Shown: one piece after another, positions 37,072-42,622 of the stretch
Numbering within the stretch: position 1 is the stretch's first letter
Layout of the letters: every line of letters starts with the position of its first letter
From: Catajapyx aquilonaris
Taxonomy: Eukaryota
Reading direction: 5' to 3'
Assembly: GCA_000934665.2 (NCBI GenBank)
Contig: JYFJ02003379.1
Location: forward strand, 1-42,622
Length of the DNA: 42,622 nt
Position numbers and translations under genes: made by a program
The notes under the pieces: generated by a model
The model's database searches: none
Told to the model about the DNA's origin: nothing
Seen by the model: the letters and a program-made list of their open reading frames with translations, nothing else

Positions 37072-38000
37072 GACCCCAGGAAAAGCCGGTTTCAGTGCAG
37101 AGACGCAGTTTACTCTGCCAGACGACACGACGAGCCGATCGCCATCTTGGACGTTGCACCACCAGTGTTGCCAAGTCGGGACACATTACATGGTTGCCAC
37201 GTTATTAATTGATGATGACAAGCTTTAATTAAATCAGATTTATGAGTAAAAGCGCACAAACTGCTTTAAAACCACCGGTAAAATACAATTGCAATATTCG
37301 ATTTGGTGATTTCACAGTGCCACCTGCGCGGGTGCGTTTGAAGAGGAACAATAGGCTCTTTATGCAATTCGGTATAATTACATAACCGTACATAACATTG
37401 AAAACATCATTTCAGGTTGCGAATTTGCAAGCGATGCAACATCTTGGCAACGTCTTTGTATCTTTTGCGCAAATATTTGTCTAACAATTTGCGTGCTATT
37501 TGGCGAAATTGCAGTTATTTGCTGGAAATGACGCCGCACCCTTTGTTCCGCCCAGTTCCGCCGCACCTGCCGCCTCGTAACAGTTAAAGAAGTAGCTATT
37601 AACCGTTTGGCAACATTACTTTCTCCCGCTTTCTCCCATACAGTGCCATAAGGCCCAGACACCCTGCCCTTCTAAAAACAAAAATTCCAGGCACCAAATG
37701 TGGTCAGTCTGGCCACTGCCAAACTTGAACGTGTATAATTTACACAGAGTCTAGTACCTGCGCGGTCAGAAGCTGTTAACTGCTACCACAGCCAATAAAC
37801 AAAAGTGAAGCCGAGCTAGCTGCTATGCTCTGTTCCCTCTCTTTTGCGCTGTTCGATCAAAGCGCCGGGTGTCAGCTTGCTTGGTGGGGTGGTGGCTGGC
37901 TGAGGGGGTGTTGCCTTGTTCTCTTGCGTCGGGGGTGGTGTTCGGAACGGGGCCAGACCGGGGCGAAAAGGGGAAGGAGGAGGAAGAAGAAGGGGCAGAT
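37072..38000. promoter_or_regulatory. Probable bidirectional promoter shared by XPB and loqs
   Basis: Start codons are divergent with 929 bp between them; YY1-type CGCCATCTT at 37140-37148; repeated TGGCAAC/GTTGCCA motifs. Confidence 0.6.
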
Positions 38001-38084
38001 ATGTTCATGCCCGAGACTCCCAGCGGCTTGGGATTGGGGCTGAACGGAATGAGGGGTCCAGCCAGCACGGGACCAGCCCAGCAG
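38001..38084 (+). CDS. loqs: loqs exon 1
   Basis: MFMPETPSGLGLGLNGMRGPASTGPAQQ|GTAAAG; phase 0 matches the next exon; the start codon is not certain. Confidence 0.65.
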
Positions 38085-41000
38085 GTAAAGGAAGGATGGG
38101 CCCGGAAAGGAGGGAGGGGGGAAGAGAGCCGCCCAGGCCTAACCGCTTTATGTTTGGCTGGCCATTCACCCTGCAACCTTGTGATTGATATACAGGAGAA
38201 TATGACAAACTGTTCTAGGAAAGTCTGCTGCAGACTGAATTATCGCCATTAGCATGTTTGGCTGCGGGTCAGAGGAACACTGTTTCAGGGCTGAAAATGG
38301 GTTGCTTTTCAGAATGCAGTCAAGCAGGAAGGTGGGTCTTTCGAGGCAGCTCAACTGGGTGGAGGACTTCCGGCCAAGACCCCGGTGTCGCTGCTGCAGG
38401 AGCTGTACAGCCGAAGAGGGATGACCCCCAAGTACGAGCTGGTTCAGATCGAGGGGGCTGTACACGAACCCACATTCATGTACAGGGTCACCGTGGGAGA
38501 TATTGTTGGTACGTTCGGCATTCATACATACCAACGTGCATGGCATGGCGGGTGGAATAAACAGTCTGCAATTGGAATTGATAAGGGGCATTGTTCTCAT
38601 TGTGAATGTAGGTTAAGGGTTATCTGCTGTTGTAGCCAAGGGGTCGTGGAACTGGTGTACACGTTTTTGGGGGAGTTGTTACCCCCTTGGTTGTAGCACA
38701 TACAGGGTGTTTGTTACTAGGCCAGCCAATGGCTGTAGTATTCTTTGAGACAAAAGAAGTCAGAAAATGTAGGGGGGAGAAATGTCAAGGGAGAAACAGT
38801 TAAAATTACCTACACCAGAAGCGTTGGTCAATGGTTGCCGAAGGAGCAGGATATGAGCGCGTGAAAATTAGGACTGTTGGGATTTGCAAGGTCACCTCTG
38901 TCACAGAAGTGATTATCACCACTCATATCCTGCAACTGTGGCAACCACACGCCAATGTTTCTGGTCGTCTACCTCGTTAACTGTTAGTCCCTCAACATTT
39001 CTCCACCCTTCATTTTCGACTTGTTTTGGCCCGTGTTGCATTACCCATTGCGATTGTGTCCTGTAAACACTGAGCTACCAGGAGCTGACATACTTGTTTT
39101 GGTCCAAGTAATACGCTGACAGCCATTGGCTGGACTAGTTAGAAACACCCAGTATACTGGTGCGTACTAAATTTGAATTTGTCTATGGTGCAGTGGCAAC
39201 TGGTACCGGGCATTCAAAGAAGGAAGCTAAACATGCTGCAGCTAAAGCAGTGTTGGACAAGATTGTGCAACAGAATTCTGGTGGGCTGCCTTGCAACCCT
39301 GGTCAGCCCTCATTGGCAGAAGTCAACACCCAAGTGAGTACCAAAACAAAAGGCAGGCCAATTGCTAATTTGATACGCAACATTGCACATTTTGATGCAT
39401 GGTTCAGATGTTCTTTTAACATCTAATTTGCCATGCTTTCTTTCTAGGTGGTATCGCCTTATGAGGACAAAATCCCTGGAAACCCAGTGGGAGCCCTCCA
39501 AGAATTGTGCATGGCGAGAAGGAAGCCACCCCCAGCCTATGAAGTGGTATCTGAGGAGGGACTGCCCCATGAGAGGCAATTCACCATTGCATGTGTTGTT
39601 TGCAAGCTCCGCGAGACTGGCACAGGGAAGTCAAAGAAGCTGGCCAAGCGGCAGGCTGCTTATAAGATGCTCCAGAAGCTCAAAGATTTGCCCACAGAGA
39701 CCCCAAATGTCACTGCTGGGTTGGAGGATGAGGACGAGGTATGTTCTTGCATACAAAGAGCTGGCTCAACATGAGTTGGCTTCTGATTGTGTGATGGAAA
39801 TGGGGCAGCTTCAGGCTGCTGAGCCAACTTTTCAGGGAGTGAAGCTTCATAATTGGCCCATGTTCATCACCTATTCTCATGTTTTGCTGTTGGAACTGTC
39901 ATGAATAGCCTGTTTGCAATGTTGTTAAGAGGTGCTTTGAATTTGTTGAAATTTATAGCCAAAAAAATCACTTAAATTTTGAAATTCAAATGGGTGAGGT
40001 AGGGCAGATCATCTTATTAGCTCTAAGCATTCCTATATTTATGAGTAGTCAACTCAATGTGAGACAGCACAATTTCTTGGGAGAGGTGTCAGGAAAGAAT
40101 TCTAGCCTACCTATTTTCATACCGATCCCACTGCATGCTCCCACTCCTACTTCCCAAAAGTCTTACTGTCTTTCCAGCCTCTGAAATAGCTTTGCGGACA
40201 GATAGAGAAAGGAAGAGGAAAATTCCTGGCAACAAAAAAACACTTTTGTTCTTGCAGATAGCACAAAAGCTGTCGGCCGCTCGTTATGCGGGGCTGAAAG
40301 ACAGTAAGATCTCAACCCTGTCCCCGCCACACAGCCAGAAGGTCTCGCAGTTCCATCGCAATCTCAAGTCATCCACGGGAGAGAAGCTGGCCCAGCTGCA
40401 GGTGAACAAATAAAGAGAGAGAGAGAGAGGGCAGAGAGAAAATGTGGCTAGCTCACAAGGACTTCATTTGCATTTGTATGGTGGTGACAGGAGAACAGCT
40501 TAATGAAGGACGGCAGTGGGACTATGCCACTGTGCATGAACCCATGCCATTGGTGGTGGGAGGACATCGGTTATTCAGAAATAGGGGGATTTTGGTGGCA
40601 TGCTGCTTATTGTTATGCTGCCCTTGGGGAGGGAAGAGCATCCTGCAACATGTCAAGTTTAAAATTAACTTTCAGCTCCATGAAAAACTTGAGCAGGAAG
40701 GATGCCACACTCTATGCCAGCATGAAGTTACAAGACTTTTTCAGTTGTATGGTATTGCTGGAATAACTAAATGATCAGCAATAACATGCTTTCACATTGC
40801 TTGAATGCACTGGCAATCACATAAACAACTCATCTGAACTCTAAACTCCCTTCCAGATTAGGATAAGTGAGCTGAACCATATTTTCTCTCTACGTCATAC
40901 AAGTGCAGTTGAGGCAGTTGGGCCATTCATATGCTTTGCTATGTGTTCACCAAACCTTATCCTCACCTCTTTTCTGTCTCTGTTAGAGCTGTTGACATTG

Positions 41001-41925
41001 TAGGTGTGTGGCTTGGTTTGGCATGTTGGAAGCAAAAGAGCTGGCTTACCTCCACCTCCTTAACCTCCCTACCCTGGGGAAGCATAACCAAACAAAGTGA
41101 TTGGCATGTGGTTTTTGTCCTCTTCTTTTTTTCTAGATCTTGGAGATACCGACGTCCATCTATGAATTGCTGGACGAGGTGAGTGGGCCTTGTTCCCGCC
41201 AAAAATTTACCTCTCCTGAAAACCCTGAGAACTGTGTGGATGCATGATGGCACTTTTGGCTTGTTTATCTTTGTTTCTTAGCTTTGAATTTTTTACTTCC
41301 CATCCTTGCCTGTGATTTGGTTTTCTGTTTCCCGTTGCCAGGACACTACATTATCGGTTATGTTTCGATTTTGGTCTTTATGGGAAAAGTTTCCCATGTT
41401 TATTCTCAACTCGTAAATATTTTTCAGACCACCCCACTGAACACAACTGTGCTCAACTATGTCCAGTTTCTGCATGAGATTGCAGTCGAGCAGAACTTTG
41501 AGGTTACCTATGTCGACATAGAAGAGATGTCGGCCACAGGTGAGCTGTCGTACTTTTTAAAAAACTTATTTATAGTTATGTACTAATTGAGAAGTTACTA
41601 GTGGTGCCAGTAGAGTATACCATTCAAGCTATCAAGGAATCTGTTTTTTTTTTTTCTCTGGTACCGTATTGAAGATACTAACCATTATTTTTAGCAATTT
41701 GATGAAGTGATGCCTGCCACTTTAAAGTTTTGAAGATAGTCTCTCTCATAGACCATACACAAACTAATTTATTTGCATTCACTTACAGGCTTATTCCAGT
41801 GCCTGGTGCAGCTGAGTACTCTGCCAGTGGCAGTCTGCTACGGCACTGGCAAGTCGGACAAGGATGCCCAGTCGGATGCAGCTCGCAATGCCCTTGAGTA
41901 TCTGAAAATCATGACCAAGAAGTGA
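38001..41925 (+). CDS. loqs: Loquacious / TARBP2 / PACT-like triple-dsRBD protein (Dicer partner), 367 aa, or 381 aa with the cassette exon
   Basis: Exons 38001-38084, 38313-38508, 39194-39333, 39448-39738, 40258-40401, 41428-41539 and 41789-41925 total 1104 nt in frame. dsRBD1 KTPVSLLQE...SKKEAKHAAAKAVL; dsRBD2 NPVGALQELC...KSKKLAKRQAA; dsRBD3 ...QLSTLPVAVCYG...ARNALEYLKIMTKK. Confidence 0.93.
38313..38508 (+). CDS. loqs: loqs exon 2 (dsRBD1, first part)
   Basis: Acceptor cttttcag; AKTPVSLLQELYSRRGMTPKYELVQIEGAVHEPTF; donor G|GTACGT. Confidence 0.92.
38703..39152. mobile_element. Tc1/mariner-type MITE in a loqs intron
   Basis: ta|cagggtgtttgttactaggccagccaatggctgt ... acagccattggctggactagttagaaacacccag|ta. 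Confidence 0.75.
39194..39333 (+). CDS. loqs: loqs exon 3 (dsRBD1, end)
   Basis: ATGTGHSKKEAKHAAAKAVLDK; donor CAA|GTGAGT. Confidence 0.9.
39448..39738 (+). CDS. loqs: loqs exon 4 (dsRBD2)
   Basis: GNPVGALQELCMAR...GLPHERQFTIAC...GKSKKLAKRQAAYKM. Confidence 0.94.
40258..40401 (+). CDS. loqs: loqs exon 5 (dsRBD2-3 linker)
   Basis: IAQKL...HSQKVSQFHRNLKSSTGEKLAQLQ|GTGAAC; phase 0-0. Confidence 0.88.
41137..41178 (+). CDS. loqs: Candidate 42-nt in-frame cassette exon of loqs (ILEIPTSIYELLDE)
   Basis: Long polypyrimidine tract ending ctag; donor GAG|GTGAGT; phase 0-0 with no stop; TGCATG at 41241. Confidence 0.65.
41428..41539 (+). CDS. loqs: loqs exon (dsRBD3, first part)
   Basis: NYVQFLHEIAVEQNFEVTYVDIEEMSAT then G|GTGAGC. 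Confidence 0.92.
41789..41925 (+). CDS. loqs: loqs terminal exon (dsRBD3, end)
   Basis: LFQCLVQLSTLPVAVCYGTG...AARNALEYLKIMTKK followed by TGA. Confidence 0.94.
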
Positions 41926-42622
41926 TTGCATTACTGTGCTAATCTGGACCCCAACACACTTCCACCAGCGTAGTGAGAGTTCATTTTAGGGGTCTTCCAT
42001 TGCCGCATGCTCTCAGCATGGTTCTTGTTCTCTTTTGGCAAGAAGCGGCTAACAGAATGGAGGCCCGGGAGGTGGGTCCTCGTGCTTAACGGGCACACTC
42101 CCAGTCGGGTTGAAAAAAATATAGTAGCCTTTACATTAGTTTCGGTGTTCTTCGTTGTTAGATTGGCTGTGTTTTGGCAACATGGTGTTGCTCTAGGCGT
42201 GTGCCCATCAAGCAAGATGACCCACCTCCACCTCGCTCACACAGTTTACACGTTTCAAATGTGTAACAACGGATACACATTTACAGGCTATACTTTGCAT
42301 TGTAGTGAAATTTTTCTCGTCTCGTCACCCAGCAGTTGGTTGTTGTTGTAGTCGTTTTTGCATGTGGGTGTAGGGGCATGTAGGAAAAGGGCATTATTTG
42401 GATGCAAAGTATAGGTGTTGTAATATGAATGTTGCAGAAGCAATTTTTGACTCCTGGTGTCGCTGCAGGGAAAAAAATCAAGTAGCAATTGATAATAATT
42501 GTTTATGCCCCAATAGAATTGTACATTCTTTGCAATTCTTAAGGCCATTTCACAAAAAAAATGTCGCGCGGCAAACGGCGCGACTTGCGGCAAATTTTTG
42601 TTTATATTTATTGTTGCCAACA

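Overview
Eukaryotic, intron-rich animal DNA; the Loquacious-type C-terminus suggests an arthropod (inference). Three conserved genes were rebuilt exon by exon, with GT-AG borders and consistent phases. (1) A HECW/NEDL-type C2-WW-HECT E3 ligase on the minus strand: 8 coding exons, 19130 down to 1969, with the HECT domain beyond the left edge. (2) A complete XPB/ERCC3/haywire gene on the minus strand: 37071 down to 27282, 8 exons, 790 aa. (3) A complete Loquacious/TARBP2-like triple-dsRBD gene on the plus strand: 38001-41925, 367 aa, head-to-head with XPB. Introns hold many MITE-like inverted repeats, SINEs and microsatellites. The most interesting unexplained structures are as follows. A candidate spliced 97-aa upstream ORF on the HECW leader has a myristoylation-like N-terminus and a LIR-like C-terminus, and its stop overlaps a HECW ATG (ATGA); a strand-specific RNA hairpin lies next to its splice donor. 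An antisense ORF made of 60-aa tandem repeats is nested in XPB intron 1. Loqs shows a candidate 42-nt cassette exon, a possible dsRBD3-less isoform and a long 3'UTR hairpin. A SINE is split by a Merlin-like element with both target-site duplications preserved. All calls come from reading the sequence; no database search or folding program was run.
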